This document shows positions 39,780-53,700 of a DNA stretch of 64,000 nucleotides, one piece after another. Numbering within the stretch: the first letter of the stretch is position 1; each line of letters starts with the position of its first letter. Source of the DNA: Camelus ferus (Eukaryota); the NCBI RefSeq assembly GCF_009834535.1, contig NC_045707.1:55120001-55184000 (forward strand). The letters run 5' to 3'. The translations under genes and the position numbers were made by a program. The notes below the pieces were generated by a model. That model was not told where the DNA came from and did not search any database. It worked only from the letters and a program-made list of their open reading frames with translations.

Positions 39780-40330
39780 CTTGAAATTAAAATATTATTA
39801 CTAAAAATTTAGGGTATCAGTGAAATAAAAGAGTTGGGGAATTAGTGAATAACTTAAAAGCAAAATTCAAATAGGAAAATGTTAGAAAACATAAAAGGCA
39901 AAGAGAATTAATCTAAAACATCCAAGATCCAAGTAGAATGAATATAAGAGATTGGAAAATAGGATATTATCAATGGAATAATATAAGAACAAATTTTAGA
40001 GCTGAATTGAGACATGGGTCTTCTTTAATAGGTCTAGAGAGTATGAGAAGAATAAATAAAATACCAAATGACTCCTATGTTATATACCATAACTTTAGGC
40101 TGTTAAATATCGGATATTCTCTCCTTATAGAAAAAAATCAGAGATGGAGGCATTTATTCTTATTATGCAATCATTTTTAGTACTACTTAAAATCTAATGT
40201 TGTTTTGGAATATATTCTTTTAAATAAAGGCGACCATTAGGAAATATTATCCCTGATCAACTAATACGTTATGAGCATGTACATATATATGTAATGATTT
40301 AACTTTCTTTCTGGCTAAATTTAAGAAAAA
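39780..40330 (+). mobile_element. Decayed L1M/HAL1 ORF1-like fragment
   Basis: A-rich ORF1-type sequence ('gaaatattatccctgatcaaactaa'); very diverged. Confidence 0.45.
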
Positions 40331-40769
40331 TAGTGACACCATTAAATGTTGGTGAGATGTCATGGACTTAAGGACTTAATAAGCCCTGTAATGTAGAACA
40401 AAATGACCTTCAAAGACAAGAGACAAGGCCAATTCTTTTTCACGGCTTGGGTGGTCTGAGGTCTAAAGACTTGATCTATACTTTCTGATGGGGAAACAAG
40501 CAGGAGGAAAATAGAAAACCAGCTCTAATAGGCACCTTCATATGTGCACTCACATACATGCACACACCAATAGTGGGGGATAATTCTGATACTGTGAAGA
40601 ATTTCTTAACATTTTATTCTAAATTAAAGGGAGTCACTTATTAGTAGTGTTACACTATGAAGTATTACTTTATGAAATACAGAAAATGTCTTTTTGTGTA
40701 TTTGAAATGATTCATCAATCTTCAAAACAATAGTGTGAGAACTTCTTTTGCATACTCAAGATTAAATGT

Positions 40770-41000
40770 AGTAGTAGAAGCATGTGATTTGTAGTAAAAT
40801 TCTCGTCAGATTCACATGAGCTAGAACCCTGGGTTACCACTTAGAAACCACCCATGCCCTTGGGATCTGAGAGCTTCAATGAAAATGAACCTTTCATTTA
40901 AATGAAAAAAATAATGTATACTTTATAAATTTAATATAAATTTGAATACATGTAAAATATGTAATATGTAGCCTTAAACATTGTAGGTGCTTAATTTGGA
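40770..41000 (+). mobile_element. MIR SINE fragment
   Basis: 'gtagtagtagaagcatgtgattt...gtcagattcacatgagctagaaccctgggttaccactta...gtaggtgcttaa'. Confidence 0.6.
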
Positions 41001-41289
41001 ATCATTCTGCTGAATCCTTCCCTTGCTTCCCAGTTCTCCTACAATAAAATCTAATGCCTTAAATATGTATCACCAGACTCTTCATCATCGACGACTACCT
41101 CATCCCTCCAACTTAGCATATGATTTCAGCAATATTCCAGCACTTACAGTTTTCTTAAATGTGGCATGCTGTCATCCACTTCTCGTACTTTGCATGTGTC
41201 TTTTCTTGCATTTGTCACTCTACTCTTCAATGCACATATGTTTCAGCTTTCAACTTCTCAGCTGCATCTTATTTATTTTTGTTTGTTGA

Positions 41290-42930
41290 TACATTCATTC
41301 ATAACACAGTAACTGTTACTATTTTCCAGGCACTGCATTTAACTCTCAGAATACAGTAGTAAAATAAGATTGGCCCTCAAGGAGCTTACAATTGAGTGGG
41401 TGAAGATATAGATATATGCCCATGCACGCACACACACACGTGCACACACACACTCAAATACATAACACATGGAGGCAAGTAACGTAAAACCTGTTGGTGA
41501 TGAAAGGTATGATCAAACAGAACCACAGGCTGTAAGGCAGTATGGATTTAATGGTGTAAAATAAGGCTGTGAATGGGAGGAAATGAAGTCACAGACAAGG
41601 AATATTTAGTATACCACCCAGTAAGACACACTGAGAAATTCAGATTTTATGTTAGGAAGAATGGAGGATTTGGAAAATGATAGAAGCATAATCTGATTGG
41701 CATTTAACAAATATCTTGATATTTTATAGGATAGCAAGGAAGGAATAAAGAGACCAAGTGGTCAAGGTGAGAGAAGATAATGGCTTTTGTTAATGTCATA
41801 GAGGTGGAACTTGGGTTAAGAGATTCTTAATGAGATATTTTGAAGAAAAAAAAGAATGACTCCAACTTCCTAATTAGATTTAGACGTGAGAGACAGAGTA
41901 CAAGATTGACATCTAAGCATGTTGGTGATGAGGAGGAGCAGAGAAAGAGATAGAAGAAAGTCCAAGATTCCTTTTTAACATATGTTAAATTTGAAACTCC
42001 TGGTAGTTTTTCAAGTGAAAATATGAGTTAGTGGAGTTTTGAAAAAAATTCCACAGAAGTTATCAGCATATAGGTGGCATTTAAACCCATGGGACTAAAG
42101 ATTATATAAAGAAGAGAAGGGAACAGAGGACTGAACCCTGGGTAGCTCAGTTCTTTTGGCAAAAAATGAGAGGAAGAGCATATATACAAAACAGAAGAAG
42201 TGACCAAATAAGTAACAGGGAAACCATGAGATTAAATAGTCCTGAACGTGTGCTGAAGAATTTTGGATTACTTAGTGTACAAACTAAGGTAAGACAAAGA
42301 TCTAAGCACACATTGGGTTAAATAGATTTTTTTTTAATGTATTAGTCCAAGAATTCAAAGTCCAGGTTGGTAGGGCAGTTTTGTCACTTTCAGGATGACT
42401 TCCATCTCTGGGTCCATGTGTCTTCTCCTATTCTAATCATCTCCCAGCTGGAGGAAAATAGAAGAGTGGCAAAGGGAGTTTACTCCTATTACTTTTGAAG
42501 CCATGACCCTAAAGAGGCATACGTCACTTCTGAACACAGCCTGATGGCAAATACTTGATTTCATGGTCCTGCCAAACTGCTGCAGAAGTTGAAAGTATAG
42601 TTTTTAAAGAGATGACAATGTGTTCAGCTAAAACTTGATTACTACAGAAGAAGGAAAAAGAATAAATAGGGTAATGATTAAGAGTTTCTTCCATACAGCT
42701 ATAGTAAAGAAGGCAGCGATTGACTATATAGAAAGTTGAAATGAGGTCAAGAAATTTTGGAACAAGGGATTAATTGTTGGATTTGTTAAAATAGAGCTTA
42801 CTAGTGGCATTGACTTATTTTCAGTGGAGTAGTGGGAATGTAAGTCTGATTGCTGTGATTTGAAAAAAAAAAACTGGGAGACTTAGGAGTAGAAACAGTA
42901 AATATGAAACAGCAATAGTCTTAACTTTTA
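41290..42930 (-). mobile_element. L2 fragment interrupted by an MLT1-like LTR (~42320-42700)
   Basis: L2 motifs: 'cattcattca...ggccctcaaggagcttacaatt...gaggactgaaccctggg'. LTR part: 'gtcacttctgaacacagcctgatggcaaatactt...catggtcctgcc'. Confidence 0.7.
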
Positions 42931-45596
42931 AGAAGATGGCAGCAGTGCTGGTTTCCAGTCAAATTCATCTTTCTTGAAGTAAAATGAGGAAAGAAAACAC
43001 AAGGTCACACAATGAAAATTTTAAAACTTGATGCATATTTAAAAATATAAAATGTTTTAAGTTTTGTTTATGTCCTGACTTGTTCCAAAATGTTTTATGT
43101 AAAGAAAAAAAAAATGTTTGTGAAGAATGAGCATGGCTAATGCAAAGACAAACAAAAGCAAGCAAAACTTTAGAAAAAGGAGAGGCAAATCTCAAAATTT
43201 TTCAGCCTCTATAAACTCCATAGAATCAGCATTAATGAGAGAAATACCAACACAGATTTGTTCCCTTGGGAGCAGAACTTAATAACAAAAGGCAGCATAA
43301 AGATAGAACAATTCGATAGCACTTATTTACAAATATATATCGTGTGTGATCAGATAATGAATATATCTCAGCAGAGCTGGAAAGATTGTAAGCCAAACTA
43401 AAGCAAGGGAAAAGATATTGAGAGAGTTCTTGAAAACCTCAATATATTCATAACTCCAGGATTCAGTGATACACAAAGATGCTCCAAGAATTGCTTACTT
43501 ATATTATATCACTTTAGGCAATATTTTGATGGAAATTCAAAGAACAGGAGAACCATGTAAGTTAAATTGACCAAAGGAGCTTTCTTAATAACAAATGACT
43601 AATAATTTCAGAACGCCTCGCTTACCTTGACTCCTAGACATGCAGTCAGGTAAAGAATCAGACAACAAATAGAGCATGGAGGAATTCAGAAATTATTTAA
43701 AGACAAATATTTTAATGTATTTGATTTTGCACCTCTGATTGCTCTTTTTTTCCTTTAAAATTTTGAGAAGGCATTGTTTTCATTCATACTACTAAAGACT
43801 TTTTTAAAGCATTATATTTTATGTCAAAATTTTATGCATGTTACAACCACTTCATAGATAAGGAACCAGCTATTGAGAGATTGAGAACTGATATTTTCAT
43901 AAGGTAAAAATTTTAAAAAGCAGATTTGTTTTACTTCAAAAATCACTTTTTGTTTCATTACATCCCATTGGCTTCAGCAGTCATGTGTGATTCCCATTCT
44001 GTGAAAGTATAATCAGCAGTTAGTGTAAAACACAAAGTATATAGAACATCACCAAAATTACTCCTTCATAACAGGTAAAGCAAATGGAAGTAAAGAAGGA
44101 ACAGTTTCCTTAGTAATCTGTCCTTCATTAATTGCTTTTCAACTAACGTAGTGGAATGAGTCTATCTGAACATCTCAAAAAACCACTGCTTTTGGAAATA
44201 GATTAATTGGTGTAAAAATAGAAAATATCCAACTGGCTATTTGACATTTCCCCATTCAAAAGTGATTTGATTGAAAGCTTTACCTTTTGACTAATAACTT
44301 TTTTATTGTAGAATAAAATAAATTATGTCAAATTAAGAATGAGATGCTTATACGAATAGCAGAATAGCAGAAACTAAACATGTAGGAAACATTTCATTTT
44401 CTCCAGAAAGAGTGTGTCATGGGTTTTGCAATATATCTGTATTCACAAAATTTATCTTCTTTCTAATAGCAACAGCAAATTCCTTCTAGTAACAGATAAT
44501 AGCCTACTTGATTCTGCCTTTCATCCAAAAGGCTATTTTTGTTTATAGATGATGGGAAATATTAAATAAGTTAACCTCTGTTCTCACCTGAACACTTGAT
44601 GTTACTTGTGAAAGCTGCATATACATCTAGGTGTTCCTGACAACTCCCAGCTTTCATGTGTCTGGATGAAAAGTCACAGGGCACTTGGAGTCTTGAGGTT
44701 GAGGCAAGTTCAATCAAAACATATTGGAGCAATCTTGAGTGTAAATGTGAAAAACAGCAGAACATGTACTTTATAGCATGGACAATTTTAACAAAGGGAT
44801 TCCCTTCTCCCTCCCTTTTTTGAATGAACACATGTAAACCGTAAGAATGAACTAATTCAAGCTGTAAGAAAGAACTACTTAATATCCATATGCACACACA
44901 CACAGATGCATACTGACCCACATTTTTGGAAGATAAATAGCAAAGGTAAGACATTTATTTTCAAGCTTGTCAGAAAATTCCCCTAACTAAGCATACTGCT
45001 TTATAATATTTACATTCTAAATATTTTGTTGAACTCTATTGCATTATTACCCAAAGTTATATTTTTTAAAATTCCAAAACAGTCCAACTAACACTTGTGA
45101 ATTTTTATAGTCTACAAAATGATCTTTTCATAGAATTTCTCTTTCAGTGTCCAACTAACAGGCAAATACTATTACTATCTCTTTCTCATGGTTAAGAAAA
45201 ATGTTCAGAGGGATTAAAGTCACCTGATTGTTAAGTGGCTATTACCAAATTCTGGAATTAATAACATCAAATTTATTTCTAATTGCATAGCAATGTTGGA
45301 AAATAAGTCTTCCTAGATATATGTTTTTCAATATTTTTTTAAAAATCACACTTTATCTGTTCCCTAAAACCATAATATTCTTATAAATAGGGAATAGCTC
45401 TTTGAAAAGAAGGTCATAATAAGTCACATATTTTATAAATAATAGCATTACTGTGAAAATTGATTTTGAATATCAGTGATAAAGGGAATAAATAAAAACA
45501 GCAAATGTATATTCCTATAGCAACTGTTGGTAGAGGTCAGTGAGCCTTAAAATTCTGGCTTATTACATGGAGGCAAATACTGTGTATTTATTAAAG

Positions 45597-45775
45597 TAGA
45601 GTTTCCCAAGTTTTTCAGGTTAAAATAATATCTATAAGACTTATAAAAATGATGGGCTGCAATCCAGATAGAATGAATCAGAATATTCTAAAAAAAAAAA
45701 AAAAGACCTGAGAATCCATATTTTTAATAAATAAGCTAAGTCATTCCTATAATTATAAAAGTTTGGGAGAAACAG
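45597..45775. mobile_element. MER5-like DNA transposon relic
   Basis: 'gtttcccaagttt...gaatcagaat...gacctgagaatccatatttttaa...aaagtttgggagaaac' with inverted ends. Confidence 0.65.
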
Positions 45776-45849
45776 TCAGTATACCTCACAAACTTCTAAG
45801 GGTAAAAAGGAATAAAGTTAAGCATATCTCCTGTTGTGTTCTAAATAGC

Positions 45850-46590
45850 ATTGTGTGTTTCTGCTATGTTTTTAGAAATGCATACACCCATGTAACCCAT
45901 AATACAACCAAGATATGGAATATTGCCATTATATATTACCAGGAATTTCTGAATGCCTTTTACAATCAACTTCTGCCCAACATTGCGTAGAAACAATGGC
46001 TTTTTAAAATTTTTTCCACCATAGGTAAGATTTGCTTATTCTATAAAGTCATAAAAATGGAATCAAATAATATTACCCTTTGTTTAAGGCATCTTTCACT
46101 CAGCATAAGGTTTTGGAAAATAACCCATAGTGTTGCATGCACCAGTAGTTTGTTATTTCACTGAAGTGTTCCATTTTATTATTTATCCATTCTCATATTG
46201 ATAGACATGTGGAATGTTTCCAGTTTGGGGCAATTATGAAGAAAGCCACTATGAATATTCTTGTACAAGTATTTTATGAACACATGTTTTCATTTTCCTT
46301 GGGTATATACTTAGGATTGGAATGGCAGGGTCATAGAGTAGGTATAGTTTTAATTTTATCAGAAACTTAAAGACATTTTCCCAAGTGGTTCCAGCATTTA
46401 ACACTGCCACCAGTAAGTTCCAGTTATTCCATCATTTGGTGTGTTTTCAGATTTTTTTTTATTATGGTGTTGATTGGTATTTTCTTGGTAACTAACGATA
46501 GTGAGAACATTTGCATGTGCTTAATGATTATTCAGAGATATTTCTAGTGAGTTTTCTGTTCAATACTATGCATGTATCTGGTTTGTTCCT
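45850..46590 (-). mobile_element. L1MB/ME-like 3' end
   Basis: 'catacacccatgtaacc...atggaatcaaataat...tttccagtttggggcaattatgaagaaagccactatgaatattcttgtacaag'. Confidence 0.85.
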
Positions 46591-46699
46591 TTTTTGGTAA
46601 ACTCTGACCTTCTGCACTTTGGGGCAGATGTACTTATGAAGACTATGTAATTATACATAACATGTATTTTCTGTATTCTTGGCAACTTTCCCTCTTTAT

Positions 46700-48530
46700 T
46701 TCTTTAATGAATTATAACTATAAGCTCTAAATCTTAAGCCTTTATTTTATTTCATATGTGTTAGTATAAAGTATATTACTTTTCATTGCTTTCTAGATAG
46801 TTTGAAATTTCATTTTTTAAATTTTTTTCTTTGATTCTATATTCACCTACATGTGTTTTTCCAAATTCCCAAGTAGTTATTTCTTAACGTCCTTTTTATT
46901 ATTCATATCTAACTTTATTAGATTATAATAAGAGGAAATAGCCTATAAAATCATAATATTCTAAGTCTTCCTTGTGGCCACAACTTCAAAGGTTTTACTA
47001 ACAGCTTACGCTAGTGGATATTTATGTAATATATGTATGTTGTTTATTTGAGAAAGTTAATTTTCTAATTTTCTTTTCTTTTTATCTCTTCTTCCCCCCA
47101 ATTCATCTTTCATTTCTTCTACTTCTCTATGATTTTTAAAATTTTTATTATAAAATTAATTTATTATAGAATTTATTTTATTATGAAATCAATGTCATTT
47201 TTATGATGATTATCTCTTCCTAATGTACTATTATTATTCACTAATAATGCCACCGCCCATATCTTTATTCCCAAATGTCAGTATATCTAACATGAATATT
47301 CCTACATTTGTGCTCATTTTGTTTTTATGTACCTGTTTTTCTATTGCAAATGATTATTTTCAACCTTTCTTTATCACTTAGTCTAATCTTGTCATTGCTT
47401 TGTAAATAGCCTTTAGTTGACTTGTTTTGTATTAACCCAATCTGAGACTGCAACATAGGATAGTTAAGTCTATCCACGTTCTATATAATGTTACCTTTGA
47501 AATGTTATTAGATATGTCTATTTAATCTATGCCTACCCTTACATTGTTTCCCATTGTTTTTCTCCTTTCTTATTTCTCATTACTTTTTAAAAATTTCTGT
47601 TCTTTACCTAGTTACCTGAGATATTTTACTACATTTTATGTTTCACTGATGACTTTATTCTTTTCCTGTTATTTTCCACTGCACTTTCCCCCTTCCAATA
47701 AGTGACCTTTTTAATAATTTTATTTCTCTTCTCTTTTCTCCTGTATATCTCTCCCCTTTCTTTAAGAATCTTTAATGAGATTCTGAAAACCTTTTATTCC
47801 CCCCTCCTTCCCACAAACCTCAATTTTTACTGAAATTCTTCATTCATTTTAGATTGTCTATTATTACAGTGTCACTCAGGGTATAACTCCTTTTTCCCCA
47901 AAATATCTTATTTAGCACAGTCCTGTTATAGTTAGCCGTTGATTCTTAGTTTTCCATATTTGGAGGACTCAGGTCTGCTTCATGTGTTACGTGAGATTTT
48001 CCTCAAATGTGGTGCTTGTAGATTTTCCTCAGGTATAGTACTTCTGTGATGTCTCTAAATTCTTGTATCTCTGTACAGATTTTCTTTTCCCTTGACTATA
48101 TAGATATCTTTGTGGGATATTAGATAATTTGGTTGAAATCCTTTCCTCTCAGTCATTTATGACTATTATTTAATAACTGTTCAACATCTAATATCAGACT
48201 AATATTGTACACTTTATAAATTGCTAATGATCGTTATGACTGAAAGCATATAGATATTTTTCTTTAAGATTAGACTTCAGCAGTATTATCAGGATATGCT
48301 AAGAATTGTGTTTTGTCTGCTTTTGCTATGTATTTATTTCTCATCAATTCATCTTGAATTCTCTAGGCTCTTTTAATTTTAAATTGAGCCTCCTCAACTC
48401 AGGGAAACTTTCTTCAATAATTTTTAACTACTTTAATTTTTCTTTTTTCTTCTACTGGAATTCTAGATACATTAAGTGTTCTCAACACATTTTCTTTTCT
48501 GTCAACATTTTCCTCCCACTTGATAAAAGT
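46700..48530 (-). mobile_element. Highly decayed L1M/HAL1 fragments
   Basis: T-rich antisense L1-like sequence ('ttaacccaatctgagac', 'ctcagggaaactttcttc'). Confidence 0.5.
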
Positions 48531-48544
48531 GCTTAGGCCTTTGT

Positions 48545-48705
48545 ACCATGGCCCAGTTGGAGGCTGCCCTGAGAAGCAGATGGAATTAGCTCAAAAGCCA
48601 GGGTAGGCGCCTAGAGGTGGGAGTTGTCAGCTGATCACATTTCTCGTGTCTAGGCAGCCATTCCTCTCAGGAGGGATCTGAGCCTCACATTTCTGTGCCT
48701 GGCAA
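48545..48705. mobile_element. ERVL LTR relic (LTR33-like)
   Basis: 'gccctgagaagcaga...gtcagctgatcacattt...ggagggatctgagcctcacatttctgtgcctggca'. Confidence 0.6.
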
Positions 48706-49049
48706 TAAATGGTAGGGAGAAACATCTACATCTTTATCCTGTTTGTTTAAAGAAGCATTAAAGGACATATCAACAACATAATAAGGTAACATTGCTTAAA
48801 TATAGAAAATAAAGAAAAATTAAGAACAAGATTTTGAGATTAAAAGGAGCCAGGAATGCAGCTATGCATGACTATAAATTGTGCGTGAAAGGTCAAATTT
48901 TAAAAGTCTAAGCTAACACCTAACTGATAGGAAGAAATTAGACTATTTAAAAAATTCACTTTATCCTTAGATTAAGACTTTATAATTACTTACATGAATC
49001 ACAACTTTCCTTGGTGCAATGATCAGACGGAATTTCTTCCCCAGCGTAT

Positions 49050-49845
49050 TTGTTATGGCAGTAGGCTGGTTAGGGAAGAAGACTAGACTTTGTAATATCA
49101 CTGAACCAGAGGGTGAGATTGCCATTTTGTTTATTTTCTTGCTTTTGGTCTTACTCAGCCTAGACTCAGTGACAGCCCTGAGCCCAGAAGTATTCAGAAA
49201 GAAAACTCTCCAAGGGAAGTGCTCATATTCTGGTTCAATAAGTGGGAAAAGGAAATTTCTAATGGTCAGAAACAGTGGGGAACATACTATTTTTCTTTTC
49301 TTTCTCTCTCTTTTTCCTTTTTTTCCCGTCTTACCCCAGTGACTGCTGTGGTGGTGGTGGTAAAAGTAGAACAGAAACCACAGTGGTTGTCAGGCAGCTG
49401 CCGTAAACTGAAAGGGAGGGAAACATTTGTCTCTGACCACAGGAGCTGTAGTCCAAGAGCTTGAGCTGAATCTCCCCTGCTTATCCTCTCTCTCTTTATC
49501 TCGATAGTTGGCTCTAGATGTGGACGTAGTTACAGCAAGTGTGAAGGAGAGCAGAAAAGATAAAGAAGTGAAGCCCTGGGTAAGCAAAAAGAGGGAGATT
49601 GCAGAGAAGAGGGAGCTCAAGAAAGAAATCCCTTAAAATTGTTTGTGATATTCTATGTTTACTCTCAAGCTGCACTGCACAGACCTGTCCCTAAACAAAA
49701 TACCAAAGATTTTGAAAACTGAAATACAGATAAAAAGTTACCATCAAAGTCACAGACTGCCTACTGGGTGGCATATATGGAAGACAATTTCAGGTAACAC
49801 TACAAGGGCTTTTGGAAGTTACAAAGTGATAGTTACACAATATTA
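49050..49845 (+). mobile_element. Probable old L1M 5' UTR fragment
   Basis: 'ttgccattttg...gctgtggtggtggtgg...gaagtgaagccctggg...cacagacctgtccctaa' resembles old L1M 5' ends; the ORFs here look spurious. Confidence 0.45.
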
Positions 49846-49847
49846 GA

Positions 49848-52530
49848 TAGAAGTGATGAGAATGGGCATCCTTGTCTTGTTTCAGATTTTAGGAGGAAGG
49901 CTTTCAGCTTTTCACCACTGAATATTACTTTGCCTGTGGGTTTGTCATAAATAGCCTTTATTTTGTTGAGATACATTCTCTCTCTTACCACTTTGGTAAG
50001 AGTTTTTTTGTTTTTTTGGTTTTTTTAATCATGAATGGATGTTGAATTTTAGCAAATGCTTTTTCTACATCTATTGAGATAATCATGTGGATATTGTCTT
50101 TCCTTTTGTTGATAATTATGTTATATTGATTGGTTTATGTATGTTGAACCATCCTTATGACACTGGGATGAATCCAAATTGATCATGGTGTATGATCTTT
50201 TTTATGTGTTGTTGGATTTGATTTGCTAATATTTTGTTGAGAACTTTTGCTTCTATATTCATCAATGATAGTGGCCTATAATTTTTGTTTTTGGTTTTGT
50301 CTTTGTCTGGTTTTGGTATCAGGGTGGTGGTGGCTTCATAGAATAACTTTGGGAGTGTTCCCTGCTCTTCAATCTTTTAAAAGAGGTTCAGAAGGATTAG
50401 TGTAACTTCTTTGTCCATTTGGTAGAATTACACAGTGAAGCCATCTGTTGGTAGAGATTTTATTTTTTTATTACAGATTCTGTTTCACTTCTAGTGATCA
50501 ATCTGTTCAAATTATCTGTTTCTTCTTGATTCAGTTTTGGTGGGCTGTATGTTTCTAGAAACTTGTCCATTCCTTCTACATTGTCCAATTTGCTGGCATA
50601 TAATTGTTCATAATATTTTCTCTTTTTTTCCCCTGTATTTCTGCAGTATTGGTTTTATTATCCAATCTGCCACTCTATCTTTTGATTGGAGAATTTATTC
50701 CCAAGGTAATTATTGATATATATGTATTTATTGACATTTTAGACGTTGTTTTCCAGTTAATTTTGTGTTCCTCTTTGTTCCTTTCTTTTTGTTTTCCTTT
50801 TGTGGTTTTCTTTTGTATTATGCTTGTGTTCTCTTCTTTTTGGTTTTTGTGAGTCTATTGTATGTTTTTGATTTATGGTTACCCTCTTTTTCAAGTATGT
50901 TAGCCCATTACTGTATCTACTCTTTATGCTCATATAGGCTTAAACACATTCTAAAAAAAAAAATCTACATTTTCTTACTTTCTTCTCCCACATTTTATGA
51001 TTTTGATGTCCACTTTTACATCTTCGTGTTTATTCTTTTGCTATTAATTATAGTTATCATCACTGTCACGAACTTTTTTTTTGATATTTTATAATCTATG
51101 TGCTGCCATATTTAACTGATTTTCTTTCCAATTGTGATTTTCTCTCTCCTATAGATTCTTGCTTCTTTTATGTTTAGAAAAGACCTTTCAAGATTTCATT
51201 TAGGGTAGATTTAATACTGATGTTATTTAATACTGCTGTTAATACTGCTGTTACTGCCTCAGTTTTTGCTTGTCTGAGAAATTCTGTATCTCTCCATTTA
51301 TTCTAAATTATAATGTTGCTGGGTACAATATCCAAGGGTGCAGGATTTTCCCTTTCAGGACTTCGAATATATCTTGCCACTCCATTTTGGCCTGCAATGT
51401 TTCTGTAAAGGAATCAGCTGATAGCCTATAGGGATTACCTTGAAATTAACTCTTTGTTTTTCTCTTGCTGCCTTTAGAATCCTGTTTATCCTTAACTTTT
51501 GCCATTTTAATTATAATATGTCTTGGTGTGGATCTGTTTGGGTTTATCTCGTTTGGGACTCTCTGTGCTTCCTGTACCTGGATATCTGTTTCTTTCTCTA
51601 GTATGGGAAGTTTTCATCCATAATTTCTTCACCAACATTTTTTATTCCCTTTTCTCTTTTTTCTCCTTCTGGGATCCCTATTATGCATAAATTGGGATGC
51701 TTTATATTATCCTGTAGTTCTCATATATTGCTTTTTTTTTTTAATTTGTGTTTCTGTCTGCTCTTCTCATTTTATCTTCCAGATCACTTATTTGTTATTC
51801 TGCATTATTCAGCTTGCTACTTATTGCCTTTAGTTCAGCTTTTATCTCAGCAAATGAGTTTTCTAATTTTAACTGGCTACACTTTATAGTTTCTAGTTTT
51901 GGGGTTTTTTGTTTGTTTGTTTTTGTTTTTAATAGTAAGCTGTATTTCTATTGAAGGCCTGTCTTTATTCCTTTAGTATTTTTATTACCTCTTTTTGAAC
52001 TCTAGGTCTGGTAGCCTGGCCCTGTTTCATTGATTTTTCTTTCAGGGGAATTCTCTTGATCTTTTATTCAGAAGTGGTTCCTCTGCTTCATTTGACTTAC
52101 ATTTCCCTTACATTTCCCTGACTCTCTGTGTTTAGGAGAAACAGTTATCTACTGTGGTCTAGGAGGGCTGTTTTTATGTGGAAGAGCCTCTGTGAAGACT
52201 GTGTGTGCCTCATATTTTTGTTGCTAGTCATGTTTTTAGTATGTATGGCTACCATATCTTTACTCCATGTGTGCTGGCTGTTATCTCCTTGATTGGGTGT
52301 TTTATTGGTGTTGTGGTGACCAGGGCCTGTAGTGGATGTTGAGAGGGGCCTCCCCTTTGCTCTGTGATTATCACAGTCCTGTCAGGGGCCGGGTCTGCTT
52401 TTCAGTTGTTTGAATAGAAGCCCACAAATACATTTCTGAACTGCAGTGTGAGGTAGGCGGGACTGGAGTGCTTCCACTGGGACAGAGCCTGCTGAGTGTT
52501 CCTCCTCAGGAGCTGTCCACTGGGGAGTGT
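49848..52530 (-). mobile_element. L1 5' portion (5' UTR, ORF1, start of ORF2, internal deletion, RT region), lacking its 3' end
   Basis: 49848-50650 is antisense RT/Z region (TRQGCP, DGFT motifs). ~50660-50740 is the ORF2 N-terminus. ~51250-51900 is ORF1 ('ctgatagcctatagggattacc', 'caggattttccctttcagg'). ~52050-52530 is GC-richer 5' UTR-like sequence. Confidence 0.85.
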
Positions 52531-52534
52531 GCAT

Positions 52535-53700
52535 AGAGCTAGATTTAAAGTACAAACTTTTAACTTAAAACTTTAAGTGTAAAATATAGACTTTTAGAGA
52601 AAAACATAAGAGAAAATATGCAGAGGATTGTTAGATGTCACAAAAAAAAATCCCTAAAGAAAAATTAAGATAAACTCAACTTTTCCTCAGTGAAAGACAT
52701 TTTTGAAGAGCAAAGCACATACTCAGAAGAAATATTTTCCAAGCATATTATTATATCTGACAAAGAGTGTGTATCTTAATACAAAAAGGACTCTCAAAGC
52801 TTGATAGCAAGGAAAACAACCCAGTCCATATGTAAGCAAAAGACTTGAACAAATACTTCACTGAAAGAAAATAAAGATGCCAAATAAGCTCCTGAAAAAC
52901 ACTCAGCATCACTATCCATTAGGAAATTGTACGTTAAAATCATGACAGTGTACTAAAACATACCCATTAAAATGACCAAAATAAAAACAGTAACAATAAA
53001 AAATAATAATGAAAGTGATAATACCAAGTACTTCCAGGTAAGGACATTCAGTGACTATATATCTCATAGACGTCTAGTGGAAATGACAAATGGTACAGCA
53101 CCTCTGGAAAACAGTGTGTCTTTTCCTCAGAAACTTAGACATCCACTTATTCTATGATCCAGCAATATTAGTCCTGTGTATTAACCCAAGGTATATGAAA
53201 ACTTAGGCTCACACAGAATCTTACACAAATGTTAATTGTAGCTCTATTCATGATATCCAAAAAATGGAACCAACTCAAACGTCCTTTCCTGAGTGAATCA
53301 ATAAACAAAACTGTAGTGTATCCATATGATGGAATACTACTAAGCAATCAAAAAGAAACAAGCTGCTTATTCATGAAATAATAGGGATGGATCATAAGTG
53401 CATTTGTAAAGTGAAAAAAATCCAGTTTAAATGGCTGTTTACCTCAAAATTTGACTTGTATGACATGCTGAAAAAGATATAAGACAGGGGTTGAGAGTGA
53501 TCAGTGGTTGTGTGGTGTTAGAAGCAATCGTATGGCTATAAATGGACAGATAACAGCAGAGAGATTTTTTTTTTAATGGAGTGGTTAAAACTATTACATA
53601 TCCTAATTGTGGTGGTTGCACAAATCTATACATGTGTTAAATCTCATAGAACTGTACACCAAAAAGAAAGTCAACTTTACTGTATGTTAATTTTTTAAAA
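52535..53700 (+). mobile_element. L1MC/MD-like ORF2 end and 3' UTR
   Basis: 'gcaaaagacttgaacaaatacttcac...ctatgatccagcaat...ctcatagaactgtacaccaaaaag...actttactgtatgttaattttttaaaa'. Confidence 0.88.

Noticed and set aside
48605..48625. Second CTCF-like word (gcgcctagaggtgggag)
   Set aside because: Poor match to the core motif and located within an LTR relic.
50604..51954. Hydrophobic F/L-rich plus-strand ORFs resembling membrane proteins
   Set aside because: They are antisense translations of A-rich L1 sequence.
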